Assembly (NCBI RefSeq): GCF_963921235.1
Contig: NC_086097.1
Span: 254,822,001 to 254,886,000 of the forward strand
DNA from: Mobula hypostoma
Lineage: Eukaryota
DNA length: 64,000 nt
Direction of reading: 5' to 3'
The translations under genes and the position numbers were made by a program. Under the pieces are notes generated by a model that worked only from the letters and a program-made list of their open reading frames with translations, did no database searches and had not been told where the DNA came from. Numbering within the stretch: the first letter of the stretch is position 1; every line of letters starts with the position of its first letter. Below are positions 12,701 through 25,647 of this stretch, one piece after another.

Positions 12701-14122
12701 CGGGCTAATCACACTACCTTGAGGTGTGCCATTTTCCACTATGTACTGTTTTGATAATTCTGATCCAATCCAAACTTGAATTTTTCTACCAAACAAAAAA
12801 TCTTTAATCCAATTAAAAACTCTCCCACCAACCCCCATCTTGTGCAGTTTAATTAATAATCCTTCCTTCCACATCATATCATAGGTTTTTTCAATGTCAA
12901 AGAACACTGCCACTACTGACTCTTTATTTGCCTGGGCCTTCCTTATTTCAGTCTCTAACATAATCACTGAGTCCATGGAATTCCTTCCCTTTCTAAAACC
13001 ACTCTGATAACTTGCCAGCATTCCCCTTTTCTCAAGCTCATATGATAACCTTCTGTTATCATCCTTTCCATTATCTTACATATACTTGATGTTAATGCAA
13101 TTGGTCTGTAGCTAGTGGGTTTTGACAGATCCTTTCCAGGCTTCCTTATTGGAATTACTACTGCTTCTTTCCATGCACTTGGTAATCTTACCTCCTCCCA
13201 CACTCTGTTATAAAAATGCAGCAACTTCAAGAGCGCTCCTTCTCCTAGATTTTTTAGCATCACAGAGCATATCAGATCTTTCCCTGGGGAGGTTGGTCTC
13301 GATCTCTTTATTGCTCTCACTATTTCTGCTAATGTAAATGGATATCAATTATATCATCTGTTCCTTCCCTCCTGCTTAACACACCTGGGTGTTGGCTCAT
13401 TATTCTTTCCCTTCTTCAGACAAATTTTCTGAACTGTGTATCAGTACAAATGACTTGGCCATGACCTCAGCCTTATCCCTACTGGAAACTGCAGTTTCCT
13501 CCTCAGATATCATTACTGGATATTCCCATTCCCTTCTATCTCCTCCCATCCTCTTAATCATTCCCCATATCTCTCCCACAGGTGTTGTTCTTCCTACCTT
13601 GTCGCAAAAACTCCTCCAACTTGCCCTTTTAGCTTGACGTATAGCTCTTCTCACCACAACCTGTGCTTTCTTATATTGAACCAAATGCTGCATATTATGG
13701 GTTCTTTTAACTAGCCTGAATGCTCCATTTCTGTTTTTCACAGCCTGACAACATTCCTCTGTCCACCATGGTACCAGTTTTCTATTCATCCTATTTTTAC
13801 TCCTAGGTATAGATCCTTCTGCTGCCATGATAATTGCTGAAGTCACCTGACTGTTTAATTCATCTACATTTCCAGAAATATCAATCTTTGTCAACCCTTC
13901 TTCACTCAATTTCTGGAACTTACCCCAATCAGCTTTTTCAAACACCCACTTTGAGATTGCCCAACCACACTCAATCCCAAGGCTACTTATATTGCAAGCC
14001 CAAAGATGGGAATCAGGTGCCTTTGATTTAGTCAAACAAGGGACAGCTGGAAGACCCAGAGTCCTGAGTCCATGGACTGGACTGTGAACTGGAATGCGGA
14101 ATTCACGGACTGGACCATGACA
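9744..14122 (-). mobile_element. Solo LTR (Gypsy/BEL-like), interrupted by a LINE
   Basis: TGTCA...TGACA termini; 5-bp TSD CCCAC at 9739-9743 and 14123-14127; ends are the reverse complement of the LTR at 32893-34341. Confidence 0.8.
10711..13958 (-). mobile_element. 5'-truncated I-group (Nimb-like) LINE with RT, RNase H and C-terminal CCHC motif, frameshifted
   Basis: SYRPIALTS, GTPQGSVISP, LFADD; RNase H motifs IYMDGAK, ICSDS, WVPAHVGVKGNERVD; CEECQEEESVEHVVLSC; (CAGA)n tail; TSD-like GCCCA(C/A)CCACAC at 10699-10710 and 13959-13970. Confidence 0.85.
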
Positions 14123-14759
14123 CCCACATTGATTTTTTTTTAGTGTCTTCTTTCCATTTTGTTTAATATTTGCTCTGCCATTCAAGTCAATGCTGTCTGG
14201 CTTGCGACGAAGAAATGACCAAAGAATCTCGAACCTGGGGCAAACAGAAGCTAGTCATGGAACTCAGGGCATCCAGTAGGATTGAGGTGGGTGGGGGGAG
14301 AGAATTGTCGATGATTGGGTTGGAGACCCTGCATCAGGACAGAGTTTGCTTTGAGCCTGATGTTTTCAAGTGTACAGACACTGCATTATTTATACTTACC
14401 CATTCAAGATTTCTCAGCCATTTAAGCAATGGAACTATTGCTCAAAAGCCCATTATGTCTGATGGATCATGGCTACCAGTGGCTTGGAGATGGAGTTTGA
14501 AACTTCCTTGACCAAGAATATCTATAGGTCGTATAGCTAATTAGTAAACTCCAAATCATTCATCTCAGTCAGTCTGTCCAGAAATTCCTCTTATCCTTTG
14601 CTACAAATTGGCTGAAAACTGCAGTGAAATCTGGCTGTTTTATCTAAACTAAGTTCCTGCTACAAGGTGATGCCCTGCATATTAAATCTGGATGTACAGG
14701 TAAATGGGTTCATGGTGGCCTTGTTCCTGGACACTTTACCACACACTGTTTGGGTGGTG

Positions 14760-15091
14760 CAGTGGGGATATGTCTCTCCCAGAGGAAGCCAAAGGCTCTT
14801 CTTTCCTGCAGCTCACCATGAGCATCTGCTTATCTCCCCCCCATCCCTGACAGGGTCTCACGAAGCCATGGATTATGAGCAGCTGATCCATATCACAAGA
14901 TATGCGACTACTGACACCAGGCAGACAATCTGGAGTATTGATAATGGCTGGGGTCACCCGTCTTGTAAAGACACTGCCCAGAAGAAGGAAATGGCAAACC
15001 ACTTTTGCAGAAAGAGTTGTCAAGAACAACCATGGTCGTGGAAAGACGATGAGCGCCATGTCATACAAAGTGCCACATAGTGATGATGATG
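14760..15091 (+). mobile_element. RTE-tailed short retroposon
   Basis: AGAAGGAAATGGCAAACCACT resembles the Bov-A/RTE 3' motif; ends in (GAT)n. Confidence 0.5.
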
Positions 15092-15324
15092 ACCACACCC
15101 AGGAAATCCTGGAAGCTGATCCTCCATTGGCTCTCAGATGCCTATGGAACCTCAATGGCCCGTGGACATCAGAGGTGCCTCTGTTACTTAGACCACAGAC
15201 CATAAAATATAGGGGCAGAATCGGGCTATTCGACCTATCATTTCTACTCCATCATTCCATCACGGCTGATTTCTCCTGGGAGTGCACATTGTACAGAATT
15301 TCCCAAGGTCCCAGAACACATCTT

Positions 15325-15985
15325 ACACACTTTCTGAGGAGGCTAAAGAGAGCTGGTCTGTACACATCTATACTCACATCATTCTGTGGTTGCACAGTGG
15401 AGAGCATCCTAACAAACTGCATCATTGCACGATACGGAAACTGAACTGTGGCAGACAGGAAGGCTTTACTATGGGTAATCAAAACTGTCCAATGCATTAC
15501 TGGCAGCAGCTTACCCGGCAGTAAGGACGTATGTACTGAAAGGTGCTGGAAAAGGGTCAGTAACATCATGAAGGATCTCACCCACCCTGCTTATGGCCTG
15601 CTTGTCCTACTCCTATCAAAGAGGAGGTTATGTATCATGCATGCCAAGACCACCAGACTCAAAAACAGTTACTTTCCCCAAGCAGTAAGGCTGACCAACA
15701 CCTCTACCAACTAACCCACCCTTCCACACCCCCAACAATCATTGCTTTATCATTTCCTGTCAGTCACCTTCTGTACAGGCATTCCTGTGCTTAGTGACAC
15801 TTTATGGATGTATAACCAATCTATGTATATAAGCTATCTTTGATATTTATATTTATAGTGTTTTTTATTCTGTTCTTTACCTTATTGTGTTTTTTTTGTG
15901 ATGCATCAGATCTGGAATAACAATTAATTTGTTCTCCTTACACTGCGTACAGGAAATGATATTAAACAATCTTGAATCCTTGAAT
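15325..15985 (+). mobile_element. Rex1/Babar-type LINE 3' portion
   Basis: FLRRLKRAGL...TVESILTNCI..YGN, ADRKALLWVIKT...TTRLKNSYFPQAVRL, AT-rich 3' UTR. Confidence 0.75.
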
Positions 15986-16269
15986 TTATTAACCCTCTCA
16001 ACCCCATTCCCCTGCCTTCTCCCCACGAGCTTTGATGCCCTGACTAATCAAGAACCTACTAGCTTTCTCATCTCTGTTCTAAATGGACATCTCTTATGCT
16101 TGAGTTGTGAAGGATAGAGCTGTCAGTCTTGATTTTTGAGGTCAGTCTTGATTTTTGAGGCAGGTAACATAGACAAAAAACCTTAGTACCTTAGTAAATG
16201 ATTTATCTTCAGAACTAATTGTTTTTGGGCTAAAGAAACCCTCAATTTATTTTGGTGATGAGATTTCAC

Positions 16270-16570
16270 TGAGTGGGAACAGAGGGCACAGCCTCAGAAT
16301 GGAGAGAAATCTATTTAGAACAGAGATGAGGAGCAATTTCTTCAGCCAGAGGGTGTTGAATCTGTGGAATTCATTGCCACAGACGGCTGTGCAGGCCTAG
16401 ATGGGTATATTTAAAGCGGAGAGTGATAGGTTCTTGGTTAGTCAGGGTGTCAAAGGTTACAGGGAGAAGGCAGGAGAACGGGGTTGAGAGGGATAGTAAA
16501 TCAGCCATGATGGAATGGTGGAGCAGACTCAATGGACCGAGTGGCCTAATTCTGTTCTTATGGTCTTATG
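16270..16570 (+). mobile_element. CR1 3' end
   Basis: RTEMRSNFFSQRVLNLWNSLP coding remnant followed by a CR1 3' UTR. Confidence 0.7.
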
Positions 16571-18584
16571 ACATTAATTACATTTTACTAGCTGTTCTCT
16601 GGGTAAGGAAGAATCATCAGGCTCTTAAACCAGAGGAGGTAACTTCACTCGATCCATCACTGAACAGTTTCCACAACACATACACTCACTTTCCAGGCCT
16701 CTTTCAACTCATGTTCTCTATATTTCTCATTACACACCAAGTTATGGACACATGGAGAAGCTGCCTCGTTATGTAGTTTTAGACTACTTGGTTGGCAGAT
16801 TGATTTTTTTTAATGGAAGCTTGTATGGCGTATAGCTCCGGGTTTGCGCTCCAAATGGGCTTTTTCCCTGTTTTTTTTTTGTTATTAGGGGTTTTATTTG
16901 TTTTAGTTAGTCAAGGTTCTTTTTTCCTTCTTTCTTTTTTCCAAAAAAATAGCTTTAACATTTTGTTTTTTTTCTTCTTATTATTGATATACTGTTTAGC
17001 TTGGTTGATAGATTAACTCTTATTATACAGATTGATATGTTGTCTTGATTATTTTGATGTATTTTTCTCTGTTGTTGATTTTCAATAATAATTAATAAAA
17101 AAGATTTAAAAATGAAAATGAAAATGAGAGTACTACCTTAGGGAATTCCAAAGCTAAACTCGATAGTTATTTCAACACATTATTTGAATAGGAATTTGGC
17201 AAGCTTTGTTGGACTGAATGGCCCCTTCTTGTCAAAAACTTTCTACAGTTTGTTGTCTTTTGCATGCTGGTTGTCCGCCCTGCTGGTGCAGTTTTTCATT
17301 GATTTTATTGTCGTTATTGATTATATTGAGAATGCCCACAAGAAAATGAATCTCAGGGTTGTATTTGGTGACCTATATGTACTTTGATAATAAATTTCCT
17401 TTGAACTTAGAACTTTGAAGTTTCTACTGGATTCTTGGTGCATTTTTTAGTGACTGCCTTATTCTTAAAACATTAGATTCTGGCAAGCAACCGAAAGTAG
17501 AAAAATCTTCGCTTGCTATGAGTAACTGCAATGTAATTCAAATTAGAAGGAGTAAAACCAGAAACTCGTGGAAATCATCAGTATTTGAGGCAGCAACTGT
17601 AGAGAAACAAGGTGAATGATTCTGAGTAATCATTACTCTGGCTATATTCTTGCTTAAGCCTGCACTTCACAGAGGTTTATTAAATCGTTCAGTTTTAATT
17701 GTCATTCAACCATACATGAACAGTCATGAATACATCCAAATGAAATAGTGTTTCTCCGAGGTCAAGGTGCAAAACACAATACCAACAGTCAGACACAGCA
17801 CAAGGCATCTGTAAAATACAGTCACACAGGAAAATATAGTCCAGGTCCCAGGGCCATGAATGATGCAGTGGTCTGCAGTCAAATGCCAGGGGGCAGCACC
17901 GACTCCAACACCTCTCTCCTGGGTGGTTGCAAACACCACATCTTGAGGCTTAGTCCTTGCAACAGCCGAGGACATGCAGCTCCCCTGCCATCTGCCCCTG
18001 CCGTCTGCCTATAAACCAGTGAATCAGACTTGCAGCATTCCACCTTAACAATGTCCAACAAGGTTTTGTGATCACAAGAAAAGCGACTTAGCCACGTTTG
18101 TTTAAATACTACAAAAAACAGTATTCATACACGGTGATTTAACCAGGGTTTACTGGAGCTGCAACATTATCATGTGGCAATTGAATTCAATCCCCGACTA
18201 ACGAAAGCCAAAATACTCTTACATAATATTTATTAAATAATATTTATAACATATTGGAGATTTTCCTATCTGAAAGACCCAACCACTAACTGCAGTTACC
18301 ACTTACAATGGTGCCAGAAAGTTTATGAACCCTGTATAATTTTCTCTATTTCTGCATAAATATGACCGAAAATGTTGTCATGTCTTCACGTTCGTTCTAA
18401 AACTAGATAATGAGAGCCCAGTTAAATAAATAACACAAAAAGTCGGACATTCCAAAACATGAAATTTTCTTCCTTTTAAACCATTTTGTTGTTGATTTAC
18501 TCTTGTCTTTCAATTATTGTCTTGTTGCATTATCCAACATCTATTAAGCTTCAGGTGATGGACAGCTACCCTGACATTCTCCTG

Positions 18585-18849
18585 TGTCACGTACCCTGTG
18601 ACGGGTTTAAAGAACCAGCAGAAATAGAAAACACTTTGGAGTCTGGTATTGCTATTCACTAATACTATTTATTAATAACTATGCAATACATTGATATAAA
18701 TTCAGATATATTAAACAGGTTAGAAGAAATTATATGTGTATAAGTGTGGAAATATGGAAACCAAGCTTCCTCAAGCCTAGGGGTAAATAGATACAGTCTT
18801 ACGGTGATGAGTAAAGTCCAGTTCAGTTCATGGTATTTACTTGAGTAGT

Positions 18850-18933
<84 letters not shown>

Positions 18934-19200
18934 TTTTAGTCTTCAGGTGAGCTGACATCCTCGATCTTCCCGTTGCCCTCCGAAATCCTTTAGAAGTCAT
19001 TGACTGTGACCACAACAAAGGGAACCGTTCTTCTGTGATGGAATTATCAACCCAGGTGAGGGTTGGCCACACGAATAACTCCCCACTGGTCACACCCTTT
19101 TCACACTGTGAGAGTCACTGATCGATCCTCCAAAACCCACCTTTTCTGTAGGCACAACAAAGCTCATTCCGTGTCCGTGTCTACCAGCTGACCATCTATT
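18585..19200. mobile_element. Unclassified (possibly LTR-like) insertion inside the Tc1 remnant
   Basis: Starts TGTCAC and interrupts transposase-like sequence; right end unclear. Confidence 0.35.
18852..18931. repeat. Compound microsatellite (TA)n(GA)n
   Basis: Directly visible. Confidence 0.95.
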
Positions 19201-20329
19201 ACTCTCTGTCTTTTTAAAGGTATAGTCCATAAAAAATATGATCCCTGGGGTACATAACACATGAAAAAATATCTTGTTACAATTTTGAATTCATTTCTCC
19301 CTCAATGATTGCAAGCTGTCCTGAGGCAGAAAGCAGCCACAAACCATGATGCTCCATCCACTGGGCTTCACAGTTGGGTTGAGGGTTTGGTGTTGGTGTG
19401 CTCTGCCCCTTTTCCTCCAAACATAGCAATATGCATTTCTGCCAAGTGTTTTGCTTATAGTGGTCACATGAACAGACACTTTAACAAGTTCTGGAGATTT
19501 CTGCAGGTATTTTGTCATTAACCATGGGTTCTTTTTCACCTCCTTCAGCATTGTACGTTGTGCTCTTGGTACGATCTTTGCAGGATGCCCTCTCCTCTGA
19601 GTTTGCTTCAGTTGCAGACTATTTCTCTTTCTGTGGATTGATGAACACTCAAGTCTTTAGAAATGCTTTTGACCATTTTCCAGCTTCACGCATCTCTACA
19701 ATTCTTCTTCTAAGATCCTCTGAAAGTTGTTCTGATTGGGGCATGATGCACATAAACAGATCTTTCTTGAGAAAAGCAGGCTCTGAGAGTAAACTGACTT
19801 GGTGTGTATATTTATAGGGCAGGGTACATCTACAGTCCACACCTCCAATCTCATCTCCTTGATTGGAACACCTGACTCCAAATAGCTTTTGTAGAAGGCA
19901 TTACCCCAGAGACTCACATACTTTTTCCAACAAATACATGGATGATTTTTCTTAATAAATGAATGAACAAGTTAATGGTTTTTGTGTTATATTCAGTAGG
20001 GTTCTTTTTATCTAAGCTTAGGACTTACATGAAGATCTGATCACATCTGGTCATATTCAAACAGAAATATTGAAAATTCTACAGGGTTGACCAACTTTCT
20101 AGCACCACTGTACACTGCACCAGAATATTGGATCTCAGATTGGCCATCTGAGGACCCACCAATAGACAACTCCTTCAGAGGACCTCATACCAGACTTGAG
20201 ATATCTCACTACCACCCTTAAATGTTATCAAATGAAATTGATAGGACAACTATCCCAATAAGTATTTTGCTAGAGATAATTTCCTTTGAAGATGTTTAAT
20301 TCAATTGAAGTGTAAAAGGAGGAAGGGGA

Positions 20330-22440
20330 AATGTCAGATAGTGGAGAGCACCCCTGTGGTCATCCCCCTGAACAATAAGTACTCCATTTTGAGTACTGTT
20401 GTGGAGGGGGGGGGGGTGGTGAAGGAAACATGGAGGTAGTTTGCCTCCCATGTGCCAGGGTCCACAACATTTCTCAAGGCGGCCAGAATATCCTGAAAAG
20501 GGAGGGTGAGCAGTCAGAAGTCCTGGTACATATTAGTACCAATGACATAGGTAAAGAAGGGAGGAGGTTCAGAGAAAAGAGTATAGGGGGTTAGGAAGGA
20601 AGCTGAGAGGCGGGACCTCAAGGGCAGTAACCTTGTGAGTTCAACACCCCGGTCTCCTTGGCTGCGTAAGTCTAGGGAAGATCACCTCCGGCCAGGCGAA
20701 ACTCATGAGACTGAAGTGTGCTTGATCCCACTCCAAACCTCGGTTTGTGTGGATGCTGTGCCATTTGCTACCCTGTTACAAATTAATGCCACAAAATAAC
20801 AGACAGCACACTGTATACGATTAAAGGAATTATATTTATGAATCTTAACTAACGGTTTAGTACAGAATAACAAAAGAAAAGGGCCCATTCTAATTAAACG
20901 GTGAAATGTGCACAAGTTGGAGCTCATTTGAACTTCTCTGTCACTCACGTGCTGGGCCCTCGGTCCACATGAAAGCATACACCACCTTCCGAACGTCGCT
21001 CGCAATCCATCTCGAACAAACAGTTCTCCCACCGGATTGTATCCTATGACCGGTTCTCCCCAGCATCTTCTCTCTTCATCTCCTCTCGAACAAAAAAAAA
21101 CCTCAAGTCAACCCTTACTGTCCCTCACCAAGAAAATCTTCCGTTAATTGGATGGCACACATTCCACATCAACCCTTACCTTCAACAATAACCCAACAGG
21201 CTGAAAGCAGAACACACAGTTCTTACAGAACTGCTAAATGAAATACCTACAGCACAACAGTAAAGATGTGACCCAGGGCATTACCAGAGGATAAGAGTAG
21301 GCATGATCTCAAGGGTAGGAATCTTGGGAGGAGAAGAACAGAATGGGGTGGCAGTAAATCCGTGGGGGAAGAATTGGAGCGGGGGCAGGGATTAAGATTC
21401 CTGGATAATTAGGACCTCTTCTGAGGCAGGTGTGGCCTGTACAAAAGGGACGGGTTGCACTTGAATCCGAGGGGAACCAATATTCTTTCAGGCAGGTTTA
21501 CTGGAGCTGTTGGGAGTGGTTTAAACTAATGTGGCAGAGGGATGGGAACCAATATGATAGAGCTGAGGATGAGCCAGCAGGTTTAACAGGAGATGATGGA
21601 TGTAACTTGAATGTAAGGGAGGACAACCCAATGACTGGTACAAATGCAGGTAGAGCAAAAAGTTAAATTGTGCCAGAGGGAAAATTAAAAAGGGTGAAGA
21701 ACGTAGGACTAAAGGTGCTGCATTTAAATGTGTGTAGGATTCAGAATAAGGTGGACGAACTCATGGTGTAATTTTGATTTTAATTTTGTAGGCATCATTG
21801 AGTTGTGGCTGAAAGAAGGCCATAGTTGGGAGCTTATCATGAAAGGATATACTTTGTATCAAAATGACAGGCAGGAAGGCATAGGCGGTGTTGTGGCTCT
21901 ATTGGTAAGAGATGGAATTACCATAGCATTGGGAGGGTTAGGAACAGACAAGGTAGAAAAGCATTTAATTGGAGTAAGGGGAAATATGAAGCTATCAGGC
22001 AGGAACTTGGAGGCATAAATTGGGAACAAATGTTCTCAGGGAAATGTACAGCAGAAATGTGGCAAATGTTCAGGGGATATTTGTGTGGAGTACTGCATAG
22101 GTACGTTCCAATGAGACAGGGAAAGGATGGTAGGGTACCGGAACCGAGGTGTACAAAGGCTGTTGAAAATCTAGTCAAGAAAAAGAGAAAAGCTGACGAA
22201 AGGTTCAAAAAACTAGGTAATGATAGAGATCTAGAAAATTATAAGGCAAGCAGGAAGGAGCTTAAGAATGGAATCAGGAGAGCCAGAAGGGGCCATGAGA
22301 AGGCCTTGTCAAGCAGGATTAAAGAAAACCCCAAGGCATTCTACAAGTATGTGAAGAGCAAGAATAGGACCAATCAAGTGTGTCAGTGGAAAATTACGTA
22401 TGGAACTGGAGGAGATAGCAGAGGTACCTAATGAATACTT
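20330..22440 (+). mobile_element. CR1 ORF1/ORF2 remnants, interrupted at ~20635-21283 by unclassified sequence
   Basis: VVIPLNNKY, CLP..RV and VHISTNDIG remnants; GIIELWLKEG; RIKENPKAFYKYVKSK. Confidence 0.65.
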
Positions 22441-23686
22441 CAAAAAATTCAATAAGATTTGTCAAACATGACCTTCCATGCACAAATCCATGTTACCTGT
22501 TCCTAATCAGACCCTGTCGATCCAGATAATTATGTATACCATCTCTAAGAGTACTTTCCATCAATTTACCCACCACTGACGTCAAACTCACAGGCCGATA
22601 ATTGCTAGGTTTACTCTTAGAACCCTTTTTAAACAATGGAACAACATGAGCAATGCGCCAATCCACCGGCACCAACCCCATTTCTAATGACATTTGAAAT
22701 ATTTCTGTCAGAGCCCCTGCTAGTTCCACACTAACTTCCCTCAAGGTCCTAGGGAATATCCTGTCAGAACCCAGAGACTTATCTACTTTTATATTCCTTA
22801 AAAGCTCCAGTACTTCCTCTTCTTTAATCATCATAGTTTCTATAACTTCCCTACCTGTTTCCCTTATCTTACGCAATTCAATATCCTTCTCCTCAGTGAA
22901 CACCAAAGTAAAGAAATTGTTCAGAATCTCCCCCATCTCTTTTGGCTCCACACATAGCTGTCCACTCTGATTCTCTAAGGGACCAATTTTATTCCTCACT
23001 TTCCTTTTGCTATTAATATAACTGTAGAAACCCTTTGGATTTATTTTCACCTTATTTGCCAAAGCAACCTGATATCTTCGTTTAGCTTTTCTAATTTCTT
23101 TCCTATGATTCTTTTTACATTTTTTATATTCCTTGAGCACCTCATTTACTCCATGCTGCCTATATTTATTGTAGATATGTCTCTTTTTCCAAACCAAGTT
23201 TCCAATATCCCTTGAAAACCATGGCTCTCTCAAAATTTCACCTTTAAATGTAATTTCTCAATTACATTCTTCCCATAAAACAAATTGTCCCAATCCACTC
23301 CTTCTAAATCCTTTCGCATCTTCTCAAAGTTACCCTTTCTCCAATCAAAAATCTCAACCCTGGGTCCAGTCCTATCCTTCTCCATAATTATATTGAAACT
23401 AATAGCATTGTGATCACTGGACCCGAAGTGCTCCCCAACACAAACCTCCGTCACCTGACCGATCTCATTCCCTAACAGGAGATCCAACACTGCCCCTTCT
23501 CCAGTTGGTACCTCCATGTATTGCTGCAAAAAAACTATCCTGCACATATTTTACAAACTCCAAACCATCCAGCCCTCTTACAGTATGGGCTTCCCAGTCC
23601 ATTTGTGGAAAATTAAGTATGTATTGTAGTATGCACAATGACAACCTTGTGCATACTACAAATATCTGCTATCTCCTTACAAATTT
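22440..23686 (-). mobile_element. CR1 ORF2 fragment abutting the left edge of the tRNA array
   Basis: ORFs 23230-23547 (PTGEGAVLDL, GSSDHN) and 22493-23233 (NYRPVSLTSVVGK). Confidence 0.85.
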
Positions 23687-24099
23687 AACTGTTGCTAACT
23701 GTGGTGTTGTTTGAGGGTCCAGATTTCAGCTGAGGTGAATATGCATGTTCACGGAAGCGACGCATTACACGGTATGTTTCGGTGTCTCTGTGAGGAAGTG
23801 ATTGTACGCTGAATGTTTGTCGCTACATTGAAGTGGAGATATCAATTCCAACTGCAATAACAATCGGTTGTAAAAATAGACAGAAGGATAATTCTTTGCA
23901 TGCGGGAGAATGAATTGTCGCTTGGGACATGAAAGGTGGCAGTGAGAGAGAGCGACCGTATGTGTGTCTGAGTGGTTGGTTGATGATTGAGTGAGTGTGT
24001 CTGTGTGTGAGCTGATGATTGTGCAACGGTGAGCAGTGCCAGGCATGCAATGGTGCTTGTGGCCACAGAGCAAATGACAAGGGGTGAATCGGATGTGCT

Positions 24100-24172
24100 G
24101 GGGAATTCGCTCAGATGGTAGAGCGCTCGCTTAGCATGCGAGAGGTAGTGAGATCGATGCTCGCATTCTCCA
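24100..24172 (+). tRNA. tRNA-Ala(AGC), copy 1 (variant: A9C, D-loop change, C50T)
   Basis: 73 nt, cloverleaf, G3:U70, anticodon loop TTAGCAT, downstream TTTT. Confidence 0.85.
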
Positions 24173-24669
24173 TTGACATTTTGTATTCACAGGCATTCGT
24201 CTCATCAAATTGCTCTGAAGTTTGGATGCACAAAAGATAGAGTGGCGGAGAGGTAGAGGAACGTGTCTCAGTCAAAGGAAAGGGGAAAATCTGCTGCGTT
24301 GAAAGCAGATACGAAGAACAGCCAGCTGACAGCTGGTGTTTCAGTAATGTATGAGCAGCAGGCGTCCATTCAGACAGAAATGAGTTAAGTGGTCGAAAGG
24401 AAATTGCCCTGGACACTGGGCGAAATGAGAAAGCTGAGTAGCCTTTGATTTTGACAGGCAAAGAAGATCAAAGACCTGTGTTGGAGTCGCACCGAGAATG
24501 GTGAGAAGCTCGGTGATGTGCGTCATCCGGTCGCCTGTGGCCCCTAGTGCTGGAAGGTACAAGATATTACAATTGGCAGGCTGTTGCCATCAGTCGACAG
24601 ACACCAGGATGAAAATCTGCATAATCATTGTCGGTAGGAGCCAGCGTGGCGAAGCTTGGTGTCGCTTTT

Positions 24670-24755
24670 CCTTCGATAGCTCAGTTGGTAGAGCGGAGGA
24701 CTGTAGAGGAAATGGAGTCATCCTTAGGTCGCTGGTTCGAATCCGGCTCGAAGGA
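24670..24755 (+). tRNA. tRNA-Tyr(GTA) with 13-nt intron (24707-24719), copy 1
   Basis: CCTTCGATAGCTCAGTTGGTAGAGCGGAGGACTGTAG-[AGGAAATGGAGTC]-ATCCTTAGGTCGCTGGTTCGAATCCGGCTCGAAGGA; canonical vertebrate exons. Confidence 0.95.
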
Positions 24756-24993
24756 TCGGGACTTCTTTTACTACGCCGATCATCAATTCCGTACTACAGA
24801 GTTTCTCGGTGGCACAAGACTGCAGTCCGAATTGCTCCGACTCGTGACGGGATAGAATACAGAGGCATCTAATCACATAACACGCAAGGCCAGCAGATCA
24901 CTGGGTCACATTTCAGAGCGCTAGGTCCTCATGATTGCTGCTCTGACAGTACGACAACTCTCACTCGTCCTAAAGTAACACAAAGATAGAATT

Positions 24994-25647
24994 ATTAGAT
25001 TAGATTAGATTAGATTATGAGGGCACTCAGTCCTCGTTCATTTTAATTTAATTTACAATGCAGTCAAAAATGATACAATGTTCCTCCGGTATGATATCGC
25101 AGAAACACAAGACAGACCAAGACTAAAACTGACAAAACCCACATAATTCTACTGTATAGTTACAACATTGCCAAGCAATACCGTAATTTGATAAGAGCAG
25201 ACCATGGGCACGGAAAAAAGTCTCTAACTCCCAATGGCCTCACATTCTCACGCAGAAGGTAGAAGGAAGAAACTCCCCCAACCATGAGCTTCCAGCACCG
25301 CGAACTTACCGATGCAGCGGCCTGGAAGCACCCGACCACAGTGCGACTCTGAGTCCGTCCGAAATCTTCGAGCCTCCGACCAGCGCTCCGACACCGAGCA
25401 CCGAGCACCATCTCTGCCGAACGATCCCACCCGGGCCCCGGCCGCCAAGCACAGGCCAAGCCGAGGATTCGGGGCATTCCCCTCCGGAGATTTCCGATTA
25501 CACAGTAGCAGCGGCAGCGAAGCAGGCATTTCAGAAATTTCACCACATGTTCCTCCGTGCTCTCACATCTGCCTCCATCAAATCAGAATTGTGCACGGCC
25601 TCCTACTTGACAGGTAACAGATATTCATCAACAGAAAGGCCGGGCGT
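24994..25647 (-). mobile_element. Retroposon embedded in the array unit (unit 1 copy)
   Basis: (ATTAG)n tail on the plus strand; dispersed homologue at 1250-1432; recurs at ~31472, 35659, 38400, 50995, 52100 and 62245; 5' end approximate. Confidence 0.7.

Larger units (their letters stand above)
18306..20110 (-). mobile_element. Tc1/mariner DNA transposon remnant, internally deleted
   Basis: TIRs CAATGGTGCCAGAAAGTTTATGAACCCTGTA and TACAGGGTTGACCAACTTTCTAGCACCACTG; TA flanks at 18304-18305 and 20111-20112; MPQSEQLSEDLRRRIVEM (HTH) and TVKPSGWSIMVCGCF. Confidence 0.85.

Noticed and set aside
16730..18100. T-rich and tailed segments resembling further LINE 3' UTRs
   Set aside because: Too degenerate to assign a family or boundaries without a library search
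24498..24872. Recurrent ORFs overlapping tRNA-Tyr and the spacers (e.g. FDSSVGRAEDCRG..., MYRSMKLE...)
   Set aside because: These are translations of tRNA and repeated spacer DNA. Starts, stops and frames vary between units and no domain is recognisable.
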